A stretch of DNA of 64,000 bases from Mustelus asterias (lineage: Eukaryota): positions 60,760,001-60,824,000 of the forward strand of contig NC_135803.1 in the NCBI RefSeq assembly GCF_964213995.1, given 5' to 3'. The notes below the pieces were generated by a model. It did no database searches and was not told the DNA's origin. It saw only the letters and a list, made by a program, of their open reading frames with translations. Position numbers and translations under genes: made by a program. Below, in pieces: positions 39,241-51,669 of this stretch; the stretch's first letter is position 1, and each line of letters begins with the position of its first letter.

Positions 39241-40922
39241 TTTGAAAAACACTTTGTAATATATTACTATGGCAATCAATGTTATTGCATTGTGTGTTGC
39301 AAAAAGACTGATAATGCATACCTATAATTGGATAGGTTGTCCAAATGATTATATTTTTGTATTACGGTCAATGCAATAATCAGTATGTTACAAATATAGC
39401 TTCTCATTTTGCAGTTCTGAAGAAATTGCTGGGATGATTGAAGAAAAAGTTCTTGTGCCAAAACATTTCTTCTTTTTCTCATTTGGTACTTTTCAAACTG
39501 AAGCAAACAAATTGTGCTTGCACCAAATTAGCCTTTGTAAATTTATGGAAGTCTTCCAAATATTGAGTCAGCATTTGCTCCCAGGATCAAGTGAACAGTG
39601 CCAGCCATTATACTCACACTCACTCACAGACTTCGTGGAAACTATTGTAAGTTAGAGGGCAGAATTTTATATACTTTTGCAAGTGTGTTTGAATTAATGG
39701 TCATTTAAGAGCCTCATTCCACCTCTATTGCAATTTCCATGCAGCTGTAGAAGGTGGAGCAAGGTGGGTAGCCGGACAACTTTCACTGGGCTGCCATCAG
39801 GTAGCAAGTGGGGTAAAGTACCTTCAATTGAGGGTTCCCTTGGGGTATTCCCCACCCAGACCATTTCTGCCCTTTTCAATCCTGCATGGCCTCTAACCCC
39901 CAACTTCCCATAGCCCCCCCACCTCCACGCTCTTCCCCCCACCCCCGCTCATGTTTCAAGTACCCATCTAAGTGCTACTTAAATTTTGTGAAGGTTCCTG
40001 CCTCCACCACCCTTTCAGACACTGAGTTCCAGATTCCCACCACCCTCTGGGTGAGAAGCTTTTCCTCAAATCCCCACCAAATCTCCTGTCCCTTACCTTA
40101 AATCTATGCCCTTGGTTATGAACCCCTCAAATAAAGGGAGAGGTTCCTTCCTAACTACCCTACCCTAGTGCAATCCTCCCTATACTGTGGCGAATGGAAC
40201 TGCACACAGTACTCTAGCTGAGGCCTAACAAATGTTTTATATAGGACCATCATAACGTCACTTCTCTTATATTCCATGCTGCAGCTAATAAAGGCAAGAA
40301 GCTCAAGTGCCTTCTTGACTACCTTATTTATCTGTCCTGCTTCCTTCAGAGATCTTTGGACATGCACCCCAAGATCCCTCTGGCCCTTTGCTTCATTGTG
40401 TATTCCTTTGCCTTGTTAGTCCCATCAAAATGCATCAACTCTCACTTGCCAGTGTTAAATTCCATTTGCCGCTGTTCTGCCCATCTGATCATCCCATCTA
40501 TATCATCCTGTAATCTAAGTCTTTCCTCCTCGCTATTTACCCCACCACCAATTTCCATGTCATCTGCAAATTTACTAATTATACATCCTACTTTCACTTC
40601 TAGATCATTAATGTATTTTAAACAGCAAGGGACCCAACATCAAACTCTGCAGTATACCAACTGGACAAAGGCTTCCAGTCACAAAGACAACCTTTGGCCA
40701 TCACCCTCCTGCCACAAAGCCAATTTTGAATCCAATTGAATCCAATTGGACTTTTGACAAGGTCCAATTGCCTTGGATCCCATGGGCCCTTTCCTTTCTG
40801 CCAAGTCTCCAATTTTGGACCTTGTCAAAAGTCTTACTGAAGTCTATGTAGACTACATTAACTGTTCTCATCTACATATCTAGTCACCTCCTCGAAAAAT
40901 TCAATCAAATTTTTGAGACATG

Positions 40923-41124
40923 GGGTGAGACTCTCTCGCCTCCCAGTCGCGTATTTCTTGGCGGTGGGAGGCAACACACCATTCACTGGCAGTGGGATTC
41001 TCTGATCCCACCGCTGTCACTGGGATTTCCCATTGAAGGCACTCCATGCCACTCCATGGGCAGAGTGTGCAGCCAGTCTGACCAGAAAATCCCACTACCA
41101 GCAAATGGCCGGAGAATTCTGGCC
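40923..41124. mobile_element. PIF/Harbinger-type MITE in CR1
   Basis: TIRs gggtgagactctc ... gagaattctggcc, 3-bp flanks atg/gtg; CR1 text gagac-atg-atctccc rejoins. Confidence 0.78.
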
Positions 41125-41911
41125 GTGATCTCCCACTAACAAAGCCATGCTGACTATTCCTGATTAATCTTTGCCTCTCCAAGTGGAGATGAATTCTGTT
41201 CCTCATAATTTTATTCAATATTTTCCCTAACAGTAATCTTAGACTCACTGGCTTGTAATTACCTGGTTTATCTCTACTTCCTTTCTTGAATAATAATGGG
41301 ACCACATTAATTGTCCTCCAGTCCTCTGGTACCTCTACTGTGGCCAGAGAGGATATGGCAATTAACATCAGAACTCTGCAACCTCCTCTCTTATTGCATA
41401 CAGCAGCTTGGGTTACATCTAGTCTGGGCCTGGGGATTTGTCCACTTTTAAGCCTGCTATAATCACTAATATCTCCTCTCTCCAAATGCTAATTTATTCA
41501 ATTATATCACAGTCCCCCTCCCTGATTTCTATTTCTATATCTTTATTATCTTTCTCTATTAATGGTTTCATTGGTGCTTTAAGAGCTGATCACACGATTT
41601 GATGATGATGTCGTTAGGGTGTTCACACAGGCTACTATTTTATGTTCAGTTTGTACTCTGTGCAATGCAGGAAACATCACTTTCAATAACATCTATTGTG
41701 TGTTAGTTTGAACCTACATATGCAAGCCGTATTCTTTTCTTTTAGTTAAAACCTACAACCCCTAACATAATTAGAACATTGCATCCATAATAAGCACAGA
41801 AGCAAAAGACTCATTTAAAACCTCACCTATACCTTCTGGCTCCACACACGGATTGCCACTTTGGTCCCTAATGGACCTCTTTCCCTGGTTACCCTCTTCT
41901 CCTTAATATAT

Positions 41912-42192
41912 GGGCGGGATGGTGGCACAGTGGTTAGCACCGGTGCCTCACAGCGCCAGGAACCCAGGTTCGATTCCCAGCTTGGGTCACAGTCTGTGTG
42001 GAGTTTGCATGTTCTCCTCGTGTCTGCATACATTTCCTCCACATGCTCCAGTTTCCTCCCACAGTCTGAAAGAGGTGCTGGTTAAGTGCATTGACCCGTA
42101 CAGGTGCCAGAGTGTGGCGACTAGGCGAATTTCACAATAACTTCATTGCAGTGTTAATATAAGGTTTACTTGTGACTAATAAATAAATAAAG
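41912..42192 (+). mobile_element. HE1/V-SINE with Rex1-like tail
   Basis: Same structure as 34752-35020, ending (aaat)n. Confidence 0.92.
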
Positions 42193-42371
42193 TACATTGG
42201 GATATTCCTTTATTTTACCTTCCAGAACTTTTTTAATGCCCTTCCTAATTTTTAAAGTACCTCCTTGTACTTTCTATATTCTATACTCCTCTGGGGCTTC
42301 CACCATTTTGATCATCCTGTATCTGCCACAAGGCTCCTTTATTTTCCTAATCCAATCTGTATATTTTTTAT

Positions 42372-42710
42372 TTGCTCATGGGATGCAGGTGTCATTGGCT
42401 GGGCTAGTATTTATTGCCCAATCCTGAGGGCATTTAAGAGTCAACTACTGTTGTGAGTCTGGAGTTACATATAGGCCAGATCAAGTAAGGATGACAGATT
42501 TCCTTCCCTAAAGGACATTAGAGAATTAAATGGGTTTTTAGAACAATCAACACTGTTTCATTGTCAACAGTAGACTTTTAATTCCAGATTCTTATTGAGT
42601 TCAAATTTCAACATCTGCCATTGTGAGATTCAAACCTGTGCTCCAGGAGCATTATCCTGGCTCTCTGGATTATGAGCCCAGTGACAATACCATTATGCTA
42701 CTGCCTCCCC
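42372..42710 (-). mobile_element. MER131-like SINE
   Basis: Homologous to 16812-17115; tail ggattgggcaataaatactagcccagccaatgacacctgcatccc. Confidence 0.78.
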
Positions 42711-43789
42711 ATATCTCTTGACATCCAAATGTCTCTGACTTGTTGGTCCCACTCTTTACCTTTACGGGAACATGTTGGCCCTGTATTATCTCTATTTCCA
42801 TTTTGAATGACTCCCACTGTTCTAATGTGGATTTTCCTACAAGTAGCTGCTCCCAGTCTGCTTTGGCCAGATCCTGTCTTATCCTATTAAAATTGGCCTT
42901 CCCTCAATCCAGAACCATTATTTCCAGTCCATCTTCATCCTTTTCCTGAACGACTTTAAATCTTACCGAACTATGGTCCCAACAACAAAATGTTCCCCCA
43001 TTGACACTTTTACCACTTGCCCAGCTCATTCCCTAAAATTAGGTCCAGTGCCATCCCCTCTCTTGTTGGACTTCTTATGTTCTGGCTCAAAAAGCTCTCC
43101 TGGATGCACTTTAAGAATTCCACCCCCTCTAAGCCTTTCACTCTTTGACTATTCCATTTCAAATTGGGGAAGTTGAAATCCCCTACCATTATTACCGTAT
43201 TGTTTTCACAGTTCTCTGAGATCTGTCTATATATCTGCTTTTCTATCTCTCCCTGTTTGTGAGCCTATGGTACTCTCTCAGCAATGGGATAGCACCCTTT
43301 CTGTTTTTAAGTTCTATCCATATGGCCTCAATTGAGGGGCCTGTTTTGATATCATCGTTCTTCACTGCAGTAATCGACTTCTTGATTAATACCTCCACTT
43401 TTATACCCCCCAAACCCCCAACCACTCCTAGTGACTAGTATTCACTCAGGAGCCTTCTTCTCCCTCTCAGCATACTGCAGAAGATGAAGCATCTTCACTC
43501 CAGCAAAGAAATACTCAGCTTTATCATTGCTGCATTGAGGATGAAAAAGATAATTAATATCTGAGATATGAAAAAATGTGAATGATGAGAAGGACGACAT
43601 GATTCCTGTAGACATTGAAGGAAATGAAGGTATGACCTCTCGAGAGCACTTCAGAAACTCCTTTCAATTTCTGTCGGTAGTGGTAACATTGTCACACTCG
43701 CTTCAGTCTGAGACTGCTCTGCTTGTATGCAATAGGATGTGTCAGCATAAGAAGATAAAACAACACCAACTTCAGTGATGGAATGAATC

Positions 43790-44510
43790 TCCAGAACCAA
43801 ATCTAGATGGGATTCTAGATTTGGAGTTTTCATCTGTAAAACTCTTGTCGATTTGCCCTCTGCTTCTGATTTGGCCTGAAATATATACCAAATGCTTTTC
43901 GGACAGTTTCAAAGTCGGCACATGGTTCTTTTACCCCCTGACTCAGGTGCATATTGTTGGCAACAGACCCCATTGTGTAGAGGAATAAATTAAACTGGTG
44001 ATTGTTCTCTGTGGCATGCACACATGATGCTGCTCAATGTGTTAGAAAGTAAATTTTTCACAACTCTCAATGCTGGCCTCTCCAAGGACCTCTGAGGTTT
44101 TCGAATGACTGTGAAAAGGCAGTGACTACTTGACTGGTGGTGGCATTGCTATTGATTCTCAATGGGCCCCTGACCAAAGAAAGTCTTCGAATTCTTCTTT
44201 TGTCGATTTCTTCTTCTGATTTCTCCCTGTGGGTGCTCTGTCGATGGCACCAAATCATTGTTAGGTTGGTGACACCAGCATGTTTTGTAGGGTATCTAGT
44301 GGCTTAATCTATGCCAAGAAGGTTTCCCTCTACTCATGAGTGACTCAGGTCTGACTCAGGTAGGTTACCTCAAAACTACTTTATTAACACTATCTACATG
44401 GTGAGCTACTTGTTAAGTACATCTCTCTTGTGTGCAGACTATTCTATCTGCTCGACATCACCTCCGACACATAACTGCCAAGGTCACTGTTCTATCACTT
44501 AACACATCAT
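43790..44510 (-). mobile_element. Gypsy relic: 5' LTR, PBS-like site and decayed gag
   Basis: QFNLFLYTMGSVA...FETVRKAFGIYFRP resembles Gypsy gag; LTR end aaaaca at 44281 followed by tgctggtgtcacc; aataaa on minus near 44385. Confidence 0.55.
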
Positions 44511-45552
44511 TATCTCATTACTATAACTCTATTACCTGACCAAAATCCCTGACTTACCTGAAGTCCAGGACCTATCCCTTTTCTTCATGGACTGCTTGTA
44601 GACCCAGCAGTGGTCACTGCTCACTTCTGGCATTGCTAGGTCTACGCAGCTATCAGATATTCAGATTGGCACGCAACTCTGGAAGGTGGAGCTTCATCAC
44701 AAATAGAGGTAGACATCCCTCTGTGACCAAATTAAGATTGCTCCCAACTTAATATCGCTGCAGTGCAACCAGTTCTTGGTCGGCAAACTGCCAACAGAGC
44801 TTTTGGTCGGGGAAATGAGTAACCTGTCCCCAGGTGAAATCTAGCCCACAGATTGCTGAAGTGCAGAACTTTCTACAGGGTCATCCAGGGCCTATGTGAA
44901 CAGGACAAACAACGGTGTATCCTTGTCACTAAAAAAATGGTTAATGAGTAACACAGAATCTGACTGGGAAAGCATATATTGGAATATTGAATTCAATGTT
45001 AAATTAGATATATTTGAGACAGAATAAAAATGCTTCAAAAAGTTATCAACATTTTAAAAAAATCTTCACCAATATTTAATATTTAAGGAGTGTGAACAAG
45101 TATTTGTGGAAGTTAATTTTCAGTACTGGCGAGTTTGCTTGACAATCATCAAGACTCGTTATGCTATTAAATAGGTGGTTACACTGGGATGGACAAGCCC
45201 TGAATTTTACAATCGAGTTTAGTTTCTATCTCGGCAGTTCCATGTTGTTCAAGCATTTGAATGGTGAGTGTCTTGGAGAGATGCATCTTTCAATCTTGGA
45301 AGGAGCAAGGACTCTGAGGCAGAACTTGCAAATTTCTATGTTTAACTGGCCCCCAAGTGATCACCAGATGTGGCTGCCTAATTTCCATGTAATCTCCTTT
45401 AGGAAAGGAAATCAGTCATCCTTTTCCTGTCTGGCCGACATGTACCTCCAGATCCACAACAATGTGAATGACTCTTAACTGCACGCTGAAATGTATATGC
45501 TTATCCTTTTCACATGCAATTTGTTAGAACGCTTGAAAAAGATGTATACTTC

Positions 45553-45965
45553 TGTGGTGAACCATCGTTGGTTCCCACTGGATAGTACTGAGCGAGGGTC
45601 TGGCCAGTACGACAAGGATGTACATATGTTGCTGTTGGGTTAGGGATGGGTTGTGCTACTTGTTGCTGTGGCCAGTACTTGTTGCTGTGGCCAGTACTCC
45701 AAGGATGTACATATGTTGCTGTTGGGTTAGGGATGGGTTGTGCTACTTGTTGCTGTGGGGTTAGGGTGGGGTTGTTACACCTTTGTATTGTAGTGTTGTG
45801 GTACATCCCAGTCGGGCTCCGCCTCCTGGGAGAAGTATAAAGGTCCCTGCTCTGGCTGGGACCCCTCAGTCTGGGATCGTGTATATAATTGTTGGCTGCT
45901 TCATTACAGCAAATAAAAGCCTTTATTTCCTGAGCATCTAGCCTCGTGTATGATAACGCGCATCA
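45553..45965 (+). mobile_element. Solo LTR (413 bp) with 5-bp target-site duplication
   Basis: TG...CA ends, acttc on both sides (45548-52, 45966-70), TATAAA 45836, AATAAA 45912, internal ~68-bp duplication. Confidence 0.92.
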
Positions 45966-45983
45966 ACTTCGTATTAATGTTTA

Positions 45984-48690
45984 CACTGGGAACAACAATG
46001 ACAAACCTTGCCAAATCGACGCTGCAAAGTCCTCCTGCTAAAATCTGGGGACTTGTACCAAAAGTGGAAGAGCTGTCCCACAGACTAATCAAGCAATAGC
46101 CTGATGTAGTCATACTCATGAAATCATACCTCCCAGACACCATCTTCATCCCTGCATATGTCCTGCATCCCCACCAGAAGTGGTGACACACTGGTTTACA
46201 GTCAGGAGCGAGTTGTACTAGGAATTCTCAACATTGAATCCAGACCCCATGAAGTCTCATGGTATCAAGGTGAACAAGGGCAGTGAAACTTCCTGCTGAT
46301 TACCACCCAGCACTGCCCCACACTCTCCCGTCAACCCCCTCAGCTGATGAATCAGTACTCCTCCATGTTGAATTCCACTTGGAGAAAGCACTGATGGTAG
46401 CAAGGGCACAGAATGAAGTCTGGGTGGATGATTTCAACATCAAGAATGGCTCAGCCATTCTAATGACCGAGCTTGAGTCATCATGAAGGATATATTTGGC
46501 AGACTGGGCTTGCAACACGTCGTGGGGAAACCAACATAATTATTGAAACAATCCACTTGAACTTGCCAATCTACCTGAAGCATATGCATTTGGTCTTGCC
46601 AGCATTGGCAGGAATGATCATTGTACTATTCCTGTAAGACTAAGTCCCATTTTCATATGGAGGACACTCTCTATCATGTTGTGTGTGGCACTGCCACCAT
46701 TCAAAATGGGATAGACTCAGAACACATCTAACAGCTCAAAACTACACCTCCATGAAGTGCTTTGGGCCATCAGCAGCAGCAGAATTGTGTACGGCCATAT
46801 TTGTACAACTCCATATCCTAAGATATCCATCACTATACTTCCAAGCCAGAGCATCAATCCTGATTCAATGAGTGCAGTCAGCATGTCAGGAGCAGCACCA
46901 GGCATAGCTAAAAATGAGGTGCCAACCTGCTATAGCTACAACAAAGGACTATATGCATGCTAAACAATGGAAACAACATACAAAAGACAGAGCTAAGCAA
47001 TCCCATGATTAATGGATCAAATCAAAATTCTGCAGTCCTGCTACAAATAGTTGCGTAAGGTTGTTGAAAATTAAGCAATGAAGCAGGGGAGGAGGTTCTG
47101 CAAACAGCCCAGCCTCAATGATGAGGGAGTCCAGCACATCAGTGCAAAAGACATGGCTGAATTACTTGCAGCCACCTTCAGCCAGAAGTGCCAAATGGCT
47201 GATCCATTTCAGCCTTCTCTTTAGGGCCCAGCATCACACATGCCAGTGTTCAGACAATTTAATTCACGCCATCCAATATCAAGAAACAGTTAAAGGCAAT
47301 TGGTACTACAATGGTTCTGCCAACATCTCTGTAGTAATACTGAAGACACGTGGTCCAAAACTAGCATACATAACCAAACTACTCTCAAGAAGCATGCCAA
47401 ATCCAATCCAGCCAATTACCACCCCATTCGTCTCCTCTGAAACATTAGGGAAATGATTGAAGGCATTACTGACAGTGCTATAAAGTGGCACTTACATAGC
47501 AATAACCTGCTCATCAATGCAGAGTGTGGGTTCCACCAGGGCCACTCAGCTCCTGACCTCATTACAGCCAATTGGTCCAAACATGGACAAAAAAAATGAA
47601 CACTCAATTCCAAAACTGAACTGTGAATTTGGCCAAGGAGCCCTAACAAAACTGAAGTTAATGAAATCAGGGAGAAAACTCTCCACTGGTTGGAGTCATA
47701 CTTGACACAAAGGAAGATGGTGGTGTTTGTTGGAGGCAAATCATCTCAGTCCCAGGACATCTTTGCGGGAGTTGCTCAGGATAGTGTCTGAGGTCCAATC
47801 ATCTTCAGATGCTTCATCAGTGACCTTCCCTCCATTATAAAGTCAGGAATGGGGATGATTATATAGCATTCAATACCATTCACTGCTCCTCAGCTACTGA
47901 AGCAGTCCATTCCACATGCAGTAAGATCTGGACAACCTTCAGACTTGGGCTGATAAAAGTGACAAGTAACATTTAAGCTACACAAGTGCCAGGCAATGAC
48001 CATCTCTAATGAGAGAGAACCTAACCATGTATCTTTCACTGTCAAAAGCATTGCCATTGTAGAATTCCCCCCACTATCAACATCGTGGGAACACCCAGAA
48101 AACTTACAGACATATAAATACTGTGGAGATAAGTGAAGGTCAGAGACTGGGAATTCTGTGGAAAATGACTAATTTCCAGAGTCCATGTCTACCATCTATG
48201 TACACAAGTCAAGAGTATGATGGAAAATTCTTGCTTGGATGAGTGCAGTTCCAACGACACTGAAGAAGCACAGCACTATCCAGGACAAAGCAACCTGCTT
48301 GATCTTGGCCCCATCCACCAGCTTCAATCTTTACTCCCTCCACCACCTCTGCACAGTGGCAGCAGTGTGTACCATTTACAAGATGCACTGCAGCAACTCG
48401 CCAAACCTTCTTTGTTAGAACCCTCCAAACCCATGACCTTTACTACCTAGAAAGATAAGGGCAGCAAATGATTTGGAATGCCACCACCTGAAAGTTCCCT
48501 TTCAAGCCATTCACCATCCTGACTTGGAGCTATGTCACTGTTCTTTCACTGTCATTGGATCGGAAACTCCTTCCCTAACCCCATTGTAGGTGTACATACA
48601 TGGGACAGCATCGGTTCAAGAAGGTTCTCACCACCACCTTCTCAAGGGCAATTAGGGATGGGACACAAATTCTGGTCTTGCCAGAGATAT
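45984..48690 (+). mobile_element. Near-full-length decayed CR1/L2-group LINE (APE+RT), probable partner of the MER131-like SINEs
   Basis: APE start (IWGLVPKVEELSHRLIKQ*PDVVILMKSYL), VWVDDFN, gttgctcaggatagtgtc (GVPQGS-like), tail caccaccaccttctcaagggcaattagggatggg. Confidence 0.82.
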
Positions 48691-48720
48691 TCTGATGAAA
48701 GGTCACCGACATAAAATATT

Positions 48721-48856
48721 GGCCAGAATTTCCGGGCCTCGCCTACGGCAGAGATTCTTCAGTCCCGCTGCTGTGAATGGAGATTTGGCTGGGCGGAAAA
48801 TTCTCCGTTCTCGCTGGCAATTGTAGCGCCATGTATCAGACCATAGAATTCCAGCC
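48721..48856. mobile_element. PIF/Harbinger-type MITE inserted in a Penelope-derived arm (about 48690-48920)
   Basis: TIRs ggccagaatt ... aattccagcc, flanks att/ata. Confidence 0.75.
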
Positions 48857-49080
48857 ATAAGCTCTGTTTCTTTCCACAGATTCTGTTTGACCTGCTGAGT
48901 ATTTCCAGTAGTTCTGTTTCCATTCTTGTCCAGGTAAGTGCCTGATTCCCTGAGAATACTATCCGGCCTCACGCAGAAAAGCAAGACAGGGCTCCCCTCC
49001 GGTTCTCCAGCCAGCAGGTGAGACTCCAGTCATCCACGTTAAATCCCAGCCAAGGTTTCAGGCCAATGAGCTTTCATCAG

Positions 49081-49402
49081 ATAGAATCATAGAATCCCTA
49101 CAGTGCAGAAGAAGGCCATTTGGCCCATCGAGTCTGCACCGACCACAATCCCACGCAGGTCCTATTCCTGTAACCTCATATATTTACCCTGCTACTCCCC
49201 CTGATACACAGGGACAATTTAGTATGGCCAATCAACCCAACATGCACATCTTTGGACAGTGGGAGGAAACCGGAGCACCCGGAGGAAACCTGCGCAGACA
49301 CGGGGAGAATGTGCAAACTCCACACAGCCAGTGACCCGAGGCCAGAATTGAACCCAGGTCCCTGGCGCTGAGAGACACCAGTGCTAACCACTATGCCACA
49401 GT
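49081..49402 (-). mobile_element. Full-length HE1 SINE, CR1-type tail
   Basis: tRNA head, V-domain, (attctatg)n tail. Confidence 0.93.
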
Positions 49403-49421
49403 GCTGCTTCTGGTTTTTTTT

Positions 49422-49918
49422 TTCACCAGGTTGATACCGGAGATGAGGGGTTTGGATTATGAGGAGAGGCTGAGGAGATTGGGTTTGTACTCGTTGGAGT
49501 TTAGAAGGATGAGGGGGGATCTTATGGAGACTTATAAGATAATGCGGGGGCTGGATAGGGTGGAGGCGGAGAGATTCTTTCCACTTAGTAAGGAAGTTAA
49601 AACTAGAGGACACAGCCTCAAAATAAAGGGGGGTCGGTTTAAGACAGAGTTGAGGAGGAACTTCTTCTCCCAGAGGGTGGTGAATCTCTGGAATTCTCTG
49701 CCCACTGAGGTGGTGGAGGCTACCTCGCTGAATATGTTTAAAGCACGGATGGATGGAATTCTGATCGGTAAGGGAATTAAGGGTTATGGGGATCAGGCGG
49801 GTAAGTGGTACTGATCCACGTCAGATCAGCCATGATCTTATTGAATGGCGGGGCAGGCTCGAGGGGCTAGATGGCCTACTCCTGCTCCTATTTCTTATGT
49901 TCTTATGTTCTTATGTTC
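49422..49918 (+). mobile_element. Young CR1 3' fragment
   Basis: Open C-terminus FTRLIPEMRGLDYEERL...KGYGDQAGKWY; (ttcttatg)n tail. Confidence 0.94.
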
Positions 49919-51542
49919 TGGAATAAATTAATGTTTGAACATTTTTTCAGCAAGGACAAGGAAAGTGGGGAAGGGAGGAATGAGCCAAGGGAAAGCTCTG
50001 TGATGGGGAGAGGGCGGGATAGATTAAATAATAGAAGGGATGATAGTGGAAGGCAAAAGGGGCTGACAATGGGACAAGTTAAAACAACAAAAGATGGGTC
50101 CAGAGGAGATATGAATAATAACAGCGGAACTATTGCCAACCCCTGCTGTTTGAGAAAATGGGAACGGTGTGCTTATGCCTGAAGTTGTTGAACTCAATTT
50201 GTAGTATTTTGCTTTTGTAATTACAAAAAAACAAAATTGCTTCACACATGAGTGTTCAAGAATGATAAAAGGGGAAAAAATGTTTTCCAGGCTTTGTAAA
50301 TCCGACTCTAAGGAATCAAAGGAACACAATTCATGAGATTGATCTCCATTCAATTGCATCACCTGGACAGTGTGAATGGGGGGAACTGGCAGGATGCAGG
50401 CCATTCCTATTAGCCACTCTTGTCCCAGATGTAACTGGTTCAGGCTCAGTGGGAGTCTCAACAAGCTGTCAGTGTCCACCATCATAATTCCACTTTCAAT
50501 AAAGGAATCACAGAGAACGATTATAGACTATTCTGAACATCTGAACCAAATTGCCCCGTTGCTGATTTGTTTGATAATAATTCTGATTGTAGGGTTTTTT
50601 TTCATTGTCCTTATGCTGTGTTTCTATTTGTGGTTGATGCAGGAATGATCTGACAGGCTGAACAGCATTGCTTTTTTTAATTTCTGGTAACAATACTTCC
50701 TGATTTCATTCCTCTCGAAGTATGTTTGGTATTGTATTTGACCTTAAATCAAGACCTTAGATCTGGATAATTCTATGCTGCTGATTGTGTGCCGTATTCA
50801 AAATGAAAACATCAAATCCCTTATGTACTATCCAAGGAAATGTTCTGTGTTTGGTGGTCCAAATGGTAACAGAGTGCAGTTGATAAAGCTCTAGAATCTG
50901 AAAGCATCATGACTTCTGTTGAATTATCCCCCCATTGACAAATGATGAAATGGATGTTGCTTTGGGGCCTGATTTGCTAATGACTATAATCTCTGTGGAT
51001 GGTAGGTAGACTAGCATTAAATATGGCCACATTGCCTAGAAATGAGCCTGATACATAAAGATAAATATCACAATTGCACTGATGGCCACTGGCAGTGCCT
51101 TATAGATGTCAAGTGTTCTCTATAGATCTTTCTGAAGAGGACGGCACATTTCTGTCACTGTCTTCCAGTTAAACCTTACCTTCCTTGGCTATATTCCCAC
51201 TTTCATTACCATTAAAGATTGCTTTCTGTGTGGAAGAATGGTGTGATTTGACAGTATACCTGTATGCAACCATCGGTGAACCTCTTCTAATCTTGCTGGT
51301 TCTCTCCTGTCAAGTACCATGTTCATAGAGCACAAATTGCAGCTCCCTTAGTGTACAACAACCAGGAACATGGAGAACATCAGTAGCTCATTGTGATAGC
51401 ATGGCTCCTTTAAAGGCAGTTGTTCATGGGTCACCTAAACCCTCTGGGGCCTATCAGGAGGAAGTGCGCAAACTGCCACTGTCAGATATTAGGGCTCAGG
51501 CCTTGGTAGGAGGGAATCTTCAGTGTGAGCCCGGGACTCAAC

Positions 51543-51669
51543 GGGTGGAATTTTCCCGTCCCGCCCATCATGTGAATCGCAGTGGATGGAACACAGACCA
51601 TGCAAAGGTCCATTGACCTCAGGTGGGATTTTCCGGTCTCGGGGCAAGCACAGTCAGAAAATCCCACCC
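51543..51669. mobile_element. PIF/Harbinger-type MITE
   Basis: TIRs gggtggaattttc ... gaaaatcccaccc, flanks aac/aat. Confidence 0.78.

Larger units (their letters stand above)
39950..43410 (-). mobile_element. Old CR1 ORF2, fragmented, with nested MITE and SINEs
   Basis: LYKTFVRPQLEYCVQF, WIQNWL, EDWRTINVVPLLFKKG...NYKPVSL, EAIWIELKNRKG in collinear order. Confidence 0.82.

Noticed and set aside
45510-45840. ORFs with a repeated peptide, and gggttaggg telomere-like words
   Set aside because: Explained by the tandem duplication inside the solo LTR; no (TTAGGG)n array.
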